This document shows, piece by piece, positions 1 through 10,566 of a stretch of DNA of 64,000 nt (positions within the stretch are counted from its first letter, which is position 1; each line of letters opens with the position of its first letter). Origin of the DNA: Gemmatimonadota bacterium (GTDB lineage Bacteria > Gemmatimonadota > Gemmatimonadetes > Gemmatimonadales > Gemmatimonadaceae); NCBI GenBank assembly GCA_040389905.1, contig JAZJZK010000014.1, positions 96,001 to 160,000 on the forward strand, written 5' to 3'. The notes under the pieces are model-generated. The model made no database searches, had not been told where the DNA came from, and was given only the letters and a program-made list of their open reading frames with translations. Position numbers and translations under genes: made by a program.

Positions 1-1
1 C

Positions 2-652
2 ATTCCCGTCGTGCTCCTCGACAAGACGATGGAGACGATCAGGCACACGACGGTCACCATCGACGATCAGGAGGCGGGTCGCGAGGCAACGGGATACCTC
101 ATCGAACACGGTCATTCCCGCTGCATTGGCGTCTTCAGCGATCCTCGGCAGCGGATCAGCGCGCTCCGCATGAAGGGCTTTCGCCGCGCGCACTCCGATC
201 ACGGCATCGCGTTCGCCGAGAGCCAGATCGTCAGGATCACGATGATTTCGGAGTTGGAGGAGAAGCTCGACAAGGCGTTTGCCGAGCATCCGGACCTGAC
301 GGCGATCTTCACGATGACCGACGAGCTCCTCGTCCACACCCATCATCTCGTCTCACGCCGCGGGTTGCGGATTCCCGAGGACGTATCGCTACTGGCCATC
401 AGTGACGGCCAGGCGCCGAGCTTCCTCCATCCGAACGTCACCCATCTGCGTCATTCGGGAATCGAAGTCGGCGAGCGCACGGCGCACATCCTCATCGGGA
501 TGATCGAGCACAATTCCGATGCGATGATGGACGTCAGAATCCGGACCACCCTCGTGGAGTTGGGGTCCGTGGCCAACCGAACGGTGGCGTCAGGAAATGG
601 GAAGGTGGTCAGCGAGCGAGCAAAACCTGCGCGAAAGGTGAAACAGGGTTGA
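2..652 (+). CDS. LacI-family transcriptional regulator, 5'-partial (effector-binding domain)
   Basis: Frame is open from the window edge (IPVVLLDK...IDDQEAGREATGYLIEHGH...R.KGF...IPEDVSLLAISD). This is a LacI periplasmic-binding-like domain; the HTH lies outside the window. Confidence 0.85.
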   Translation: MPVVLLDKTMETIRHTTVTIDDQEAGREATGYLIEHGHSRCIGVFSDPRQRISALRMKGFRRAHSDHGIAFAESQIVRITMISELEEKLDKAFAEHPDLTAIFTMTDELLVHTHHLVSRRGLRIPEDVSLLAISDGQAPSFLHPNVTHLRHSGIEVGERTAHILIGMIEHNSDAMMDVRIRTTLVELGSVANRTVASGNGKVVSERAKPARKVKQG

Positions 653-707
653 TCCGGTGGTCGCTCACCGGCGCTCGGCTTCGAACGACAGCACGGAGGC
701 GAGTCGT

Positions 708-777
708 TTACCGCAGAGGGCGCAGAGGAGCAGAGGGACGCAGGGGGACTGCGAAACTGAATTGTGTTTCCTCTGCG
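708..777. repeat. REP-like intergenic element, copy 1 (CGCAGAGG-rich)
   Basis: TTACCGCAGAGGGCGCAGAGGAGCAGAGGGACGCAG...TTTCCTCTGCG; a near-identical copy is at 14800-14866; internal inverted repeat CGCAGAGGA/TCCTCTGCG. Confidence 0.65.
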
Positions 778-784
778 ACGCCGC

Positions 785-3361
785 CTAGAACCTGGACCCC
801 ATGTAGATGTCCCAACGCCATCCCTTTTCGGGGAAGATTCCGCGCGCAGCCTCGATTCGCACCAAGCCATCGATCAACGACAGGCCAACCCCCGCGCCGC
901 TGAGTGGTCGACCGGGCTTCAGGAAATCCTTATGTCCACCAGCCCATCCTACATCGAAGAACATCGACGGACGGAAGGCCAGCCACGCCGGACCCACGTC
1001 CGTGCGCGACAACCAGAAGGCATCACCGACATGGCCGACGCCGACCGCACTTGGGAACTCTCCACGCACGGTTTGAAGGCCACCCACGTAAAATGCGCGC
1101 TGAACTGGCAGGGTCCCGGCTGACGCTCCTGTCCCGCCGCTAAGCGCAACGTCGAACCCGCCGAGCCGCTTGTTGAGTGTGCCGTCGAGCACCAGTCGAC
1201 CATAGCCCGAGCCGGTGGCCCCTTGCTCGCGTGACACGAGCGCCCCTTCGATACGCGCACGCGTAAACAGCCGCGCAACTGCCGGATCAGCACCAAAAGT
1301 CCGTGCCACGTCAGCGCCGACGCCGACCGTCGTCAGACGCTCAGCGTCGATGTTGGCCCCGAATCGCGAACCGGCAATCACTTTCGCGAGCGACACCTGT
1401 GTGTTGGCAACCGCACCGGCGCTTCCCTGCCGCTCCGCGAACGCGCGCCATGTGAGGGTGGCGCCGCTAAGCGGACCAAGCGCGTCGCGGGTGCCGACAA
1501 GTTCAGCACCCCAATTCCGGTAGTAGAACCCTTCGTCGCGCCCAAACAGGAAGTTTGACATGGACGCCCCGAACGACAGGGGCGCGCCCCAGTCGTCATT
1601 CGCGACAGACAACCGACGAAAGACGCCAGCCCGTAAATTCTCGCGGCCGTTCGAGCGCGCCAGCGACAGCTCCCCGTTCAATTCACGGTCAGCCGTACCA
1701 AACCTGCCGAGCGCTTCTGCCGTAAGCCCAAGTCCCAATTCGGACTTCGCCGAGAGCGCCATGGAAAGGCCTTCGACGCGGTTGAAGCGCGTGATGTCGA
1801 GTCCGGAGTGCAGGACGGGGCGCATGGGGCCCCATGGCGGCTGAAGGAAGAAATCCAGGCTCTTCAGCAGCTCGTCGCGTTCGGCACTCCCGAAGAGTTC
1901 CTCTCCTTCGCCATAGATCGAGCCAGCGAACTCGGTGGTGTCTGCAAGCCGACTTCGGTCGCACGGCATTCGGACAACCGCGCGGACCGCTCCGCCGTAC
2001 CGCGAGCTCACGCCTTCGATAAAGGTGCTGTCCCCCTTGCACGCATCCCTGTGGCGCGTGGCCTGTCGAGCGCCCGCCCGAAGGGACTGCTCCCACCGCT
2101 CGAGAAGGCGCGCGTTGATCGTGTCTCCCCCCGCGCGAAGGTAGACAGCGTTAGCGCGCAGCGTATCAGCCCGCAAAGTGAAGCGCTTGATGATCGAATC
2201 GTCGGGGACCGGACCCGGCTGATACCGCGCCATCACGTCAGGCGACGCGCCGACCGTCAGCCTGCTCGACCCGTACCACGTTGTGTCATCCGGTGCAAAG
2301 CCGAGTTGCGCAAGCGTCGAAGCCGGCGCATCCGCTTCGGCGCCGTTGACGCTGTTGTAGGTAAAACTCTCGCTCCAGCTCAACGGCATCCGCATGAAAC
2401 CCGCGGCGACCTCGCCCTGCGCAATGTTCTGCTTCGGCAACCAGAACCGCCCTTCGTGCAGCCCATATTCCACGGTGACGGCTGACAGCTTCGCGTACAT
2501 CGGGGACATGACGCCGGACGCTACCTTCATTCCGATCTTGTCCCAAATGCCGCCCTGCAGGCGTTTGAGCTCCTTGCGCGTTCGTTCCGCCACTACACCG
2601 GTGTCCGTGCGAATCCGCTGTTCCAGGGAGTCGATGGACCGCTTGAGCTCCTCGTTCGCGAGCGTCCAGAAATCGAGGTCGGCCGACAAGCGGTACGCCG
2701 CGCGCACGAGGCTCCCCTTGTCGACGTCGAACCAGAACGAGCCGACGAACGCGCGCCAGTCCGGTTTCCGCGCGGTGATGCGCAGTTCGCGCAGCGCGAT
2801 GGCGTGTCCATCGGGCAGACGAAGGGTCACTGAATCGCCGGTGGCGTAGTGGTAGAATGCTTCAGCGCCATTTGCGAGGGGATGAATCAGGTCGTCGTCA
2901 CCGATTTCCGTCTTGACCGCGCCGACGTATGGAAGCCAGAGCGCCTCTCGGCCGGGGAAATACGGGATGGGAACCGCGTCCGTCATGTCGAGCACACCCG
3001 CGCCCATCGGGAACGCCGTGCGTCGCCCAATTGGCTGAATGGAGACACCCGCGGCGCGTCCCCAGCGCACGCGCGCCGCCTGCTCGCTCCGAATCAGGAG
3101 CTTCTCCGGTCCGATCTTCCTCACTCCCATGCCCACGGACAGCCGGAGGAACGACTTGGCATCGTATCCCCTGAGCGCCGAATCCTGCGCCAGCCTCGCG
3201 CCGCGCGCGCGCTCGAACAGGACGCGTGCGGTGGAGTCGCCGAAGGCGCTGCGCATGAGCTCTGGCGTGACGGGCTCTCGACGCGGCGCCGCTACCTGCG
3301 CCGAGGCCATGGGAAGGACTCCGCTATTGACCGCGAGGAACGCGGCGACGAGGATGCGCAT
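785..3361 (-). CDS. Large secreted/outer-membrane protein with C-terminal beta-barrel (BamA/TamA-like C-terminus)
   Basis: Signal peptide MRILVAAFLAV...ASA-Q; FNRVEGL motif; amphipathic strands; GGLQTVRG loop motif; ends WRWDIYMGSRF with terminal Phe. Start placed at the ATG at 3361. Confidence 0.65.
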   Translation of the reverse strand: MRILVAAFLAVNSGVLPMASAQVAAPRREPVTPELMRSAFGDSTARVLFERARGARLAQDSALRGYDAKSFLRLSVGMGVRKIGPEKLLIRSEQAARVRWGRAAGVSIQPIGRRTAFPMGAGVLDMTDAVPIPYFPGREALWLPYVGAVKTEIGDDDLIHPLANGAEAFYHYATGDSVTLRLPDGHAIALRELRITARKPDWRAFVGSFWFDVDKGSLVRAAYRLSADLDFWTLANEELKRSIDSLEQRIRTDTGVVAERTRKELKRLQGGIWDKIGMKVASGVMSPMYAKLSAVTVEYGLHEGRFWLPKQNIAQGEVAAGFMRMPLSWSESFTYNSVNGAEADAPASTLAQLGFAPDDTTWYGSSRLTVGASPDVMARYQPGPVPDDSIIKRFTLRADTLRANAVYLRAGGDTINARLLERWEQSLRAGARQATRHRDACKGDSTFIEGVSSRYGGAVRAVVRMPCDRSRLADTTEFAGSIYGEGEELFGSAERDELLKSLDFFLQPPWGPMRPVLHSGLDITRFNRVEGLSMALSAKSELGLGLTAEALGRFGTADRELNGELSLARSNGRENLRAGVFRRLSVANDDWGAPLSFGASMSNFLFGRDEGFYYRNWGAELVGTRDALGPLSGATLTWRAFAERQGSAGAVANTQVSLAKVIAGSRFGANIDAERLTTVGVGADVARTFGADPAVARLFTRARIEGALVSREQGATGSGYGRLVLDGTLNKRLGGFDVALSGGTGASAGTLPVQRAFYVGGLQTVRGEFPSAVGVGHVGDAFWLSRTDVGPAWLAFRPSMFFDVGWAGGHKDFLKPGRPLSGAGVGLSLIDGLVRIEAARGIFPEKGWRWDIYMGSRF

Positions 3362-3447
3362 GGGGCGGCGAAAGAGGCATTTCAATCCTACGCGTTCCCG
3401 TGATACACTGCTACGCACCTGATGGTTGCTTTTCGACGGAGAACCCG

Positions 3448-4161
3448 ATGCACATTCTGTTCGCAGAAGATGACCGCCAACTCAGAACGTCCATCACGCG
3501 CGGCCTGCGGGAGGCGTCTTATACCGTCGAACAGGCCGCGTCGGGCCCGCAGGCGTTATCGCTGGCGACGTCGAAGGAATACGATGCGATGATCCTCGAC
3601 ATCCTGCTTCCGGACGTGAGTGGAATCGAGGTCTGTCGCGCGGTCCGCGAACGCGGCAGCCGAGTGCCCATCCTGATGCTCACGGCGCTCGACAGTATCG
3701 AGCAGCGGATCACGGGTCTCGACGCGGGCGCGGACGACTACCTCACCAAGCCCTTCGATTTTGGAGAGCTGCTCGCGCGGATTCGTGCCCTCATCCGGCG
3801 CCACACCGACGTCAGTCCGCCGACGCTCATTATCGGCGACCTCGTGATCGACACACGACGGCACGCCGTCCAGCGCAATGGCAGGAGCATCCCACTCACC
3901 GCCCGCGAATTCGCGTTCCTCTTATATCTCGCGCGGAACGCGGGCAGTGTGGTCAGTCGCGCGGACCTGATGCTGCACGTCTGGGACGATGCCAAGAACC
4001 TGTACTCGAACATCATCGACGTGTATGCGAGCCGTCTCCGGCGAAAGATCGATGACGGCGAGGACACGCCGATGTTCACCACCGTTCGTGGGAGCGGATT
4101 CGTTCTCGAGACGCCTGCGGCGCGCCGCATGACGACATCGTCCGCGCGACGACGCGACTAG
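3448..4161 (+). CDS. OmpR-family response regulator (CusR/CzcR-like)
   Basis: MHILFAEDD, ILDILLP, GADDYLTKPF, winged helix SNIIDVYASRLRRKID...TVRGSGF. Confidence 0.93.
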   Translation: MHILFAEDDRQLRTSITRGLREASYTVEQAASGPQALSLATSKEYDAMILDILLPDVSGIEVCRAVRERGSRVPILMLTALDSIEQRITGLDAGADDYLTKPFDFGELLARIRALIRRHTDVSPPTLIIGDLVIDTRRHAVQRNGRSIPLTAREFAFLLYLARNAGSVVSRADLMLHVWDDAKNLYSNIIDVYASRLRRKIDDGEDTPMFTTVRGSGFVLETPAARRMTTSSARRRD

Positions 4162-4169
4162 CCACCCCG

Positions 4170-5609
4170 ATGCCACTCTGGCCTTCATCGCTCCGGTCGC
4201 GACTCACCGTGTGGTACGGTGTCCTGCTCGGAATTCCACTGGTTGTTTTTGCGGTCATCTGCTACCTCGTATTCGCGCAGGCCCTGCTGGATCGCACCGA
4301 CCGATTCATCGGCGATGCGTTGACGGCATTCTCACGTGAACTGGTGGCGGAACGGCGGGCGGCGCTGAGCATCGCCAACGCGATGCAGCGAACGGTCGAA
4401 GAGGTCCACTTTCGCGACTTGCACATCGCCATTCTGGACACGAGCGGCCGGCCATTGGCGATGAACGAACTACGCGACGGCGCAGATAACATCCGCAACC
4501 ACGCACTGGCGTCCGCCACCCCGGGCCTCGTGTCCGAAGTCCGAGCGCTCGGCGATGCGCAGTCCGTCGCCCTCACCCTCCCCACGGCATCGGAGGACTT
4601 TCGCGTGGTCGCGCGGCCTGTCGTGCTCGACGCGCAACGGTTCGTGCTCGCCGGCGCGTATTCGCTACGAGACATCGACGTCGTGCTCGCCCGCATCCGC
4701 GGAATGTTTCTCGTGGCGATTCCGGTGCTGGTGGTCTGTGCGGCGACCGGGGGCTTCTTCCTTGCGAAGCGGAGTTTGTCGCCGGTGGCAGCGATGGCCG
4801 AGCATGCCGCCGAGATCGGCGCGAGCAACCTGCATGAACGCCTGCCGGTGAGCGGTGGTGACGAACTCGTCGGCCTTGCGCAGGTGGTCAATGGACTCCT
4901 CGACCGGTTGGAGCATTCCTTCGCGCAACAGCGGCGCTTTGTCGCCGACGCGTCGCACGAACTGCGCACGCCGACGGCGATCGTCCGTGCGGAAGCCGAT
5001 GTGACGTTGTCTCGCGCGCACCGTTCGGAAGACGAATACCGCACCTCCGTCGCGATCATGGGTGATGCCGCTCGGCGGTTAACCCGTATCGTCGACGATC
5101 TGTTCCTCCTCGCGCGCTTCGATGCGGGCCATCTGACCGCTCGGCATGAGCCGCTCTATCTGGAGGAAGTCGTGCACGACGCGGCACGCGGCGTCCGGTC
5201 GGTCGCCGAACAGCGCTCCGTGCAGATCGTCATGCACGATCATCCGGAAGCGCCATTCACGGGTGACGCCGATCTCCTCGGTCGTCTCGTCCTCAACCTC
5301 CTCGACAACGCTATCAAGTATTCGCCGGTCGGTGGCGTGGTCGATGTCACGATGGTGCGCCGAAACAACACGCTGGAAGTCGCGGTCGCCGACTCAGGTC
5401 CGGGAATACCCGCCGAGTCCCGCGACCGTGTCTTCGAGCGCTTCTATCGCGTCGACGCGGCGCGGTCGCGCTCGGAGACCAACACCACCAGCGGGGCCGG
5501 ACTCGGACTCGCGATCGCCCGCCGCATTGCGGAAATCCACGGCGGGCGATTGGACCTTATCGAATCGAGACCAGGGCGAACGGAGTTCCGGCTTACATTG
5601 GCGGTATGA
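4170..5609 (+). CDS. Sensor histidine kinase (2 TM, HAMP, HisKA, HATPase; CusS-like)
   Basis: ADASHELRTP H-box, NLLDNAIKY, DSGPGI, FERFYR, GAGLGLAI; 8 bp downstream of the response regulator. Confidence 0.93.
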   Translation: MPLWPSSLRSRLTVWYGVLLGIPLVVFAVICYLVFAQALLDRTDRFIGDALTAFSRELVAERRAALSIANAMQRTVEEVHFRDLHIAILDTSGRPLAMNELRDGADNIRNHALASATPGLVSEVRALGDAQSVALTLPTASEDFRVVARPVVLDAQRFVLAGAYSLRDIDVVLARIRGMFLVAIPVLVVCAATGGFFLAKRSLSPVAAMAEHAAEIGASNLHERLPVSGGDELVGLAQVVNGLLDRLEHSFAQQRRFVADASHELRTPTAIVRAEADVTLSRAHRSEDEYRTSVAIMGDAARRLTRIVDDLFLLARFDAGHLTARHEPLYLEEVVHDAARGVRSVAEQRSVQIVMHDHPEAPFTGDADLLGRLVLNLLDNAIKYSPVGGVVDVTMVRRNNTLEVAVADSGPGIPAESRDRVFERFYRVDAARSRSETNTTSGAGLGLAIARRIAEIHGGRLDLIESRPGRTEFRLTLAV

Positions 5610-5623
5610 TGTGACCAGCCCCG

Positions 5624-5968
5624 TCAGCGGTTCCGTACCGGCACGAGCAACGCGAGTGCGCCCATGATCAGCAGAACCGCGATCGCAATGCCGACGAGCA
5701 CATGTCGTGACACGCGGGACGTCGCGTCCCGGTTTGCGATGAAAGTCGCTTCGTCCAGATACCACGTCCCCCCACGCGGACCCGACAGGACGACGCCTTC
5801 GCTGACCAGCTCCTCGACCTCCGACTCGTGCGTCACCCCAAGCTCCTGAAGGCTGCGTGCGCGCATTGGCGCGGTCGCATCGGCCACGCGAAACGCGTCG
5901 ATGACGTCCTGAAGCCTTTTGGCATGTGCAGCCACAATTGCCGCGACGGCAGCCCCGCCTGCACCCAT
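5624..5968 (-). CDS. Small hypothetical membrane-anchored protein (possible winged-helix core, C-terminal TM)
   Basis: MGAGGAAVAAIVAA...ARSLQELGV...LVSEGVV...GTWYLDE; hydrophobic C-terminal helix. Confidence 0.55.
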   Translation of the reverse strand: MGAGGAAVAAIVAAHAKRLQDVIDAFRVADATAPMRARSLQELGVTHESEVEELVSEGVVLSGPRGGTWYLDEATFIANRDATSRVSRHVLVGIAIAVLLIMGALALLVPVRNR

Positions 5969-6081
5969 AACGTTGTCCTCGAGCGAAAAGAGAGACGCCC
6001 TGATCTTGCGCACGCCGCGCACCGATCGCCAGTGCCCATGGGCCGGTTTCGCTCGCCCGCGGCGTCGCGTACCTTGTCGCC

Positions 6082-6372
6082 ATGGAAAAGACATTTGTCG
6101 CCAGCCGGCTCGCCGGCAATTGGTTCTTCCGGCCAAGCGTCACGCTGACGCCAACCGGACTTCGATACGAAAAGCCCAAACTATTCGGCGGGAGCGAAGA
6201 GCTGATTCACTACAAGCACATCGCGTCCGTCCGCATCTCGAGCGGGCTGTTGTTCTCGACGGTCACCATCGAGACATCCGGCGGCTCCGCGCCGGTGACC
6301 ATCAGCGGTCTGTATAAGAGCGAGGCCCGCGAACTCCGCGAAGGCATTGAGGCCGCGCAGGCAACGCACTAG
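6082..6372 (+). CDS. Bacterial PH-domain protein
   Basis: 96 aa; EELIHYKHIASVRISSGLLFSTVTIETSGG is the typical bPH pattern. Confidence 0.75.
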   Translation: MEKTFVASRLAGNWFFRPSVTLTPTGLRYEKPKLFGGSEELIHYKHIASVRISSGLLFSTVTIETSGGSAPVTISGLYKSEARELREGIEAAQATH

Positions 6373-6395
6373 CGCGAGCGCACGAACGGACGCCT

Positions 6396-8240
6396 TCAGA
6401 GCGACGCGACGCGCCCGCTGAGGGCATCCTGAATCGCCTTGTCCAGCGTATCGAAGGTGAACGGCTTGTCGAGAAAGACGAGGCGCTCCGGCACCGCGCC
6501 GAGGGGCTCCAACATGTCCGCCGTATAGCCAGAGGTGAGCACAACCGGCAACTGTGGGTGCGCCTCCGCCAACCTCTTCGCGAGCTCACGTCCGCCCATG
6601 CGCGGCATGACGGTGTCCGTGAGAACGACGTCCACTGCGGTCGTCTCGAGCACCGCCAGCGCTTCCTCCCCATTGGCGGCTTCGACCACCGAATAGTGGC
6701 CCCGCTGGAGTAGCCGTGTGGTTAGACGCCGAAGTGCGACGTCGTCTTCGACCACGAGGACCTTTGCCCCCTGCTGCCGGCCGAGGAGAGCAGACCCGGG
6801 GTTCGCCGCGACTCGCGCATCGTCGGGCCGCACGTCCAGGGGAAAATAGATCTTGAAGGTCGTGCCCTTGTCCGGCTCACTGTAGACCCAGATCGTGCCC
6901 GCCATCTGCTGAACGATTCCGAACACCGTCGACAACCCGAGACCGGTACCACGCCCCTCTGGCTTGGTGGTGAAGAACGGCTCGAAGATACGCGCCTGGG
7001 TTTCCGAAGACATCCCCAGCCCGTTGTCAGCAACGGAAATGACGGCGTAGCGCCCAGGGCGAACGGCCGAGTGCTGCGACACGTAGGACGCATCCAGCGT
7101 TATCGTCGCGGTGTCGATTGTGAGACGACCGCCAGCGGGCATCGCGTCGCGCGCGTTGACCGCGAGGTTCATGAGCACCTGCGTGATTTGCGTGGGATCG
7201 GCGAGAATGTTCAGCGTCCCGGTCTCCAGGCGCATCGCGAGGACGACGTCCTCCCCGATCAGTCGTCCCAGCATCGGCTCGACCTCTCGGATGACGTGAT
7301 TGAGATCGATGATTCTCGGTTCGATCAGCCGGCTCCTGCTGAACGCCAGCAGCTGACGCGTGATGTTCGTGGTCCGGTCGATCGCACCGACGATCTCACG
7401 CACGAACGGCTGCACGACGTCGTCGCCCTCCCGCGCTGCGGCGATGAGCTGCGCGTAGCCACCGACAACGGTCAGCATGTTGTTGACGTCGTGGGCGACG
7501 CCCCCCGCGAGCCGACCAACGGCCTCCATCTTCTGCGACTGGCGCAGCTGTTGTTCGAGCATGACGCGATCAGTGACGTCTTGCACCGTCCCGATCAACT
7601 TGGTGACGCCGTCGGCGTCCGCAACGAGGCGGCCTTTCGCCTGCACGGTGCGGGTTCCTCCATCGGGGCGCATCAGGCGGTACTGCTCGGTGAACTCGCG
7701 CCGATTCGCGACAGCGTCGGCCGCGACCTGCGTCATCCTGGCGCGGTCGTCAGCGTGGACGCGCTCGAGATAGCGATCGGTTGGCGGCGGTACGGTGCCT
7801 GGCTCCACGCCGCAGAACTCGTACATCTCGTTCGACCAGAAGACCTCGCCGCTCGACTGATCGATTTCCCAATACCCCAGCTGCGCGACATGCTGGCCTT
7901 CCATCAACCGGCGATTGAGCCGGCGGCCTTCTTCCGCGAGCTCGTGCTGTCGCCGCTCCGAGCGTTGCAACTCCTCGAGGGTGAGCTCGAGATGAGCGCG
8001 TTGCGCCTCGAGCTCCGTTGCCTGATGCTGGAGCTGCACGGTTTGCGCTTCGAGCTCCGCCGCATGACTCCGCAGCGTACCGTTCTGTTGCTCGATGGTG
8101 AGGTTACTGCGAACGAGCGCACGCACCTGGGCTCCGATCTGCCGTCGCGTATGCCACAGCAGGATCGCCAGCAGCGTGAGACCGACGATGAGCAGCGTAG
8201 CGCCCGGGTCGAACGCTGAATGGTTGTCGGAAATTCCCAT
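6396..8240 (-). CDS. Hybrid sensor kinase (TM, coiled coil, PAS, HisKA, HATPase, REC)
   Basis: [46 protein letters not shown]-terminal receiver ([11 protein letters not shown]). Confidence 0.93.
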   Translation of the reverse strand: MGISDNHSAFDPGATLLIVGLTLLAILLWHTRRQIGAQVRALVRSNLTIEQQNGTLRSHAAELEAQTVQLQHQATELEAQRAHLELTLEELQRSERRQHELAEEGRRLNRRLMEGQHVAQLGYWEIDQSSGEVFWSNEMYEFCGVEPGTVPPPTDRYLERVHADDRARMTQVAADAVANRREFTEQYRLMRPDGGTRTVQAKGRLVADADGVTKLIGTVQDVTDRVMLEQQLRQSQKMEAVGRLAGGVAHDVNNMLTVVGGYAQLIAAAREGDDVVQPFVREIVGAIDRTTNITRQLLAFSRSRLIEPRIIDLNHVIREVEPMLGRLIGEDVVLAMRLETGTLNILADPTQITQVLMNLAVNARDAMPAGGRLTIDTATITLDASYVSQHSAVRPGRYAVISVADNGLGMSSETQARIFEPFFTTKPEGRGTGLGLSTVFGIVQQMAGTIWVYSEPDKGTTFKIYFPLDVRPDDARVAANPGSALLGRQQGAKVLVVEDDVALRRLTTRLLQRGHYSVVEAANGEEALAVLETTAVDVVLTDTVMPRMGGRELAKRLAEAHPQLPVVLTSGYTADMLEPLGAVPERLVFLDKPFTFDTLDKAIQDALSGRVASL

Positions 8241-8438
8241 ACTACAATTCTACCGCGTTGCGAGGCGTGTCGCACGCGAACGATGCGTGCGCGAAACACT
8301 TTTAGACTTTCCCCGTAGCGTGACGGTATTACGCCGACACAACCGTTATAAGTATTGATTGCTCTTTGAGCATTTCGGCGGCAGAATGGATGGCGCCGAG
8401 CTCGCCGCGCGTGCGCAGCGCCCTTCAGCCACCTGCAC

Positions 8439-9623
8439 ATGTCCGCACACCCACACACCGATTCGCGTGGTACGGTTCTCGTCATCGGATCCGGGCATCT
8501 CGCCTTTCGCATCACGTCGCTCGCGTCCGCAGCGGGTCACCGGTGTCTTTACCGCACGCATGCCGATATTCGCGGCGCCGATTCCGCGCACTCGGCGTTC
8601 GATGACATTGCGCGCGGGCTGCAGGAGCTCGACATCGCATCACTCGCGATGGCGTTCCTCGTCGATGATCGCGACGAGTACAATCTCGAGTTGCTCATCG
8701 CGCTGATCTCACTCGACCAGTCGTTGCCGATCGTCGCATCGCTGTTCAACGAAAACATGGCGCCGCACCTTCAAGCGGCTCACCCGAACGTGCGCGTGCT
8801 GAACCCCGCGAAGATCGCGGCGCCCACGTTCGTCTCGGCGCTGACCGTGCCGCTCACCCACACACTGCGGTACGTACCAGCGAAGATCGCGCCGGAGCGA
8901 GCACCGGCGCGCACCGATGGGCTGATCAGAGGGCTGGTGGCATCATTCGCCCTGCTCCTTATCGCCTCGATCGCCTACTTCCACGCCGCCGAGCACCTCT
9001 CGTGGTTGAACGCTGTGTACTTCGTGGTCGTGACGGTTGCCACCGTCGGCTACGGCGACATCACCCTCGTCAACTCCTCGGCCGCCAGCAAGCTCCTGGG
9101 CATTGCGCTCATCCTGGGCTCGACGTTTTTCATCTGGATGATCTTCTCGTTGACCGTGGACAGCATCATCAAGCGGCGCGTACAGCTCGCCCTCGGTCGC
9201 AAGCGCTACCTCCGCAAGGGGCACGTCATCATCTGCGGCCTCGGGCGCCTCGGTTATTTCATCGCCGAACAGCTGATCGACGCCGGAGAAACAGTGCTGA
9301 TCGTCGAACGAGAGGAGTCGTCGTCGACGATCGAGCATTTTCGTGCTCGAGGTGCGGACGTCTACATCGGAGATGCGCGGCTGCCGCGCGTGCTACAGGA
9401 TGTCGGCGTGACGCGCGCCAAGGCGCTCTACTCGGTCGTCAACAACGACTTTGCGAATCTCGAGATCGGCTTGAATGCGCGCTCGTTCGCACCTGATCTG
9501 CGACTCATTCTGCGAATCTTCGATGAGTCGATGTCTCGCCGCATCAAGGAGAGTCTGGACATCCACCTCACGTTCAGCATGACGGCGATTGCGGACGAGA
9601 TATTCTTTGGACAAGCGCGGTAA
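8439..9623 (+). CDS. Potassium channel protein with RCK/TrkA_N domains
   Basis: TVGYGD selectivity filter between two TM helices; ICGLGRLG Rossmann motif; second degenerate RCK at the N-terminus (VIGSGHLA). Confidence 0.88.
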   Translation: MSAHPHTDSRGTVLVIGSGHLAFRITSLASAAGHRCLYRTHADIRGADSAHSAFDDIARGLQELDIASLAMAFLVDDRDEYNLELLIALISLDQSLPIVASLFNENMAPHLQAAHPNVRVLNPAKIAAPTFVSALTVPLTHTLRYVPAKIAPERAPARTDGLIRGLVASFALLLIASIAYFHAAEHLSWLNAVYFVVVTVATVGYGDITLVNSSAASKLLGIALILGSTFFIWMIFSLTVDSIIKRRVQLALGRKRYLRKGHVIICGLGRLGYFIAEQLIDAGETVLIVEREESSSTIEHFRARGADVYIGDARLPRVLQDVGVTRAKALYSVVNNDFANLEIGLNARSFAPDLRLILRIFDESMSRRIKESLDIHLTFSMTAIADEIFFGQAR

Positions 9624-9746
9624 CGGCTCGCTCGCTGGCGCGCGCTTGACGGCCCGCGGCGCTTCGCGCGCTTGACAGCCCGCTCGGTGCGTTGCACCTC
9701 GCTGGACAGCACGGACTGCGTAGTTCCCGTCCAGCGAGCGAGCTGT
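9623..9746. mobile_element. Putative MITE-like element, 124 bp, with 16-bp terminal inverted repeats and flanking TA
   Basis: ACGGCTCGCTCGCTGG (9623-9638) vs reverse complement of 9731-9746 ACAGCTCGCTCGCTGG (15/16 match); TA at 9621-9622 and 9747-9748. Confidence 0.5.
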
Positions 9747-10471
9747 TACTCGCCGCCCCCACAGCTCGACGAGCAGCCGGAGCCCCCGCTGCACGAGCCG
9801 CTGTCGCTACTCCCGGAATCGCTCGCCGTTGAATCGGCCGCGCTGTCGCTCCAGGAGTCTTCACCACCGCCGCCGCTGAATCCACCGCCGCCGCCGAATT
9901 CCGCCATCGTGTGTCCGCTGGAGGAATCCGAGGAAAACTGCAAATAGAGCGGCGTGTCGGAATCGGAGGGGAGCGTCGACGAATCGTATTCCGTCCGGCT
10001 TTTGCCCGGCTTGAACTTCGGCGTGCCCCAGATGTCCGCGGGCGGCTTCACGTTGAACTCCGCGCGATACAGCGCGAGTGTCGCGGCGTACTGTTCGTGA
10101 TAGACATCGGTCTGCGCGTCGGTGGCGAGCAGCTCCGGGTTATGATCGAACTCCTTCCGCAACACGTCGCGACAGAAGTCGCGATACGCTCGGGTGAAGA
10201 GCAGGTGCTCGTGCCACACCTGATCGATGACCTTCGGAGGCGTGACGTTCGTGCCGCTGCTGATTCCCAGGTAGACGAACTTCTTGTACTCCTCCACGGC
10301 CCGCAACGCGAACCTGTTCGTCCATCCGAGCTTGCGCGCGACCTTGCTGGCGAAGGCGCGTGTGGATGCATCGGAGCCGCCAAAGACGGCAGCAACGCGA
10401 TCCATGAGGTGATCGGGGACAACGTGGTCGAAGCGATAGTTCCTGAGCCGAAGCCAGAGTTCCTTTTTCAT
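9746..10471 (-). CDS. Glycine-rich domain-containing protein (GRDP/DUF1399-like) with Gly/Ser/Cys tail
   Basis: AVEEYKKFVYL...PPKVIDQVWHEHLLFTRAYRDFC...DHNP...Y..TL..Y..EF...PP.DIW; tail SGSCSGGSGCSSSCGGGE. Confidence 0.8.
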   Translation of the reverse strand: MKKELWLRLRNYRFDHVVPDHLMDRVAAVFGGSDASTRAFASKVARKLGWTNRFALRAVEEYKKFVYLGISSGTNVTPPKVIDQVWHEHLLFTRAYRDFCRDVLRKEFDHNPELLATDAQTDVYHEQYAATLALYRAEFNVKPPADIWGTPKFKPGKSRTEYDSSTLPSDSDTPLYLQFSSDSSSGHTMAEFGGGGGFSGGGGEDSWSDSAADSTASDSGSSDSGSCSGGSGCSSSCGGGE

Positions 10472-10566
10472 GACGTAGATGTGCCGCCTCCGGTGACATC
10501 TGGCAAGCCCATCCGACTGCCGCCTGCATCTGCGTACTTTGGCGCGGAGCATGCGAATGTGACGGC

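Noticed and set aside
9617..9752. Integron attC site (TAAC...GTTA)
   Set aside because: Ends do not fit RYYYAAC/GTTRRRY, the flanking genes are convergent, and there is no integrase or other cassette.
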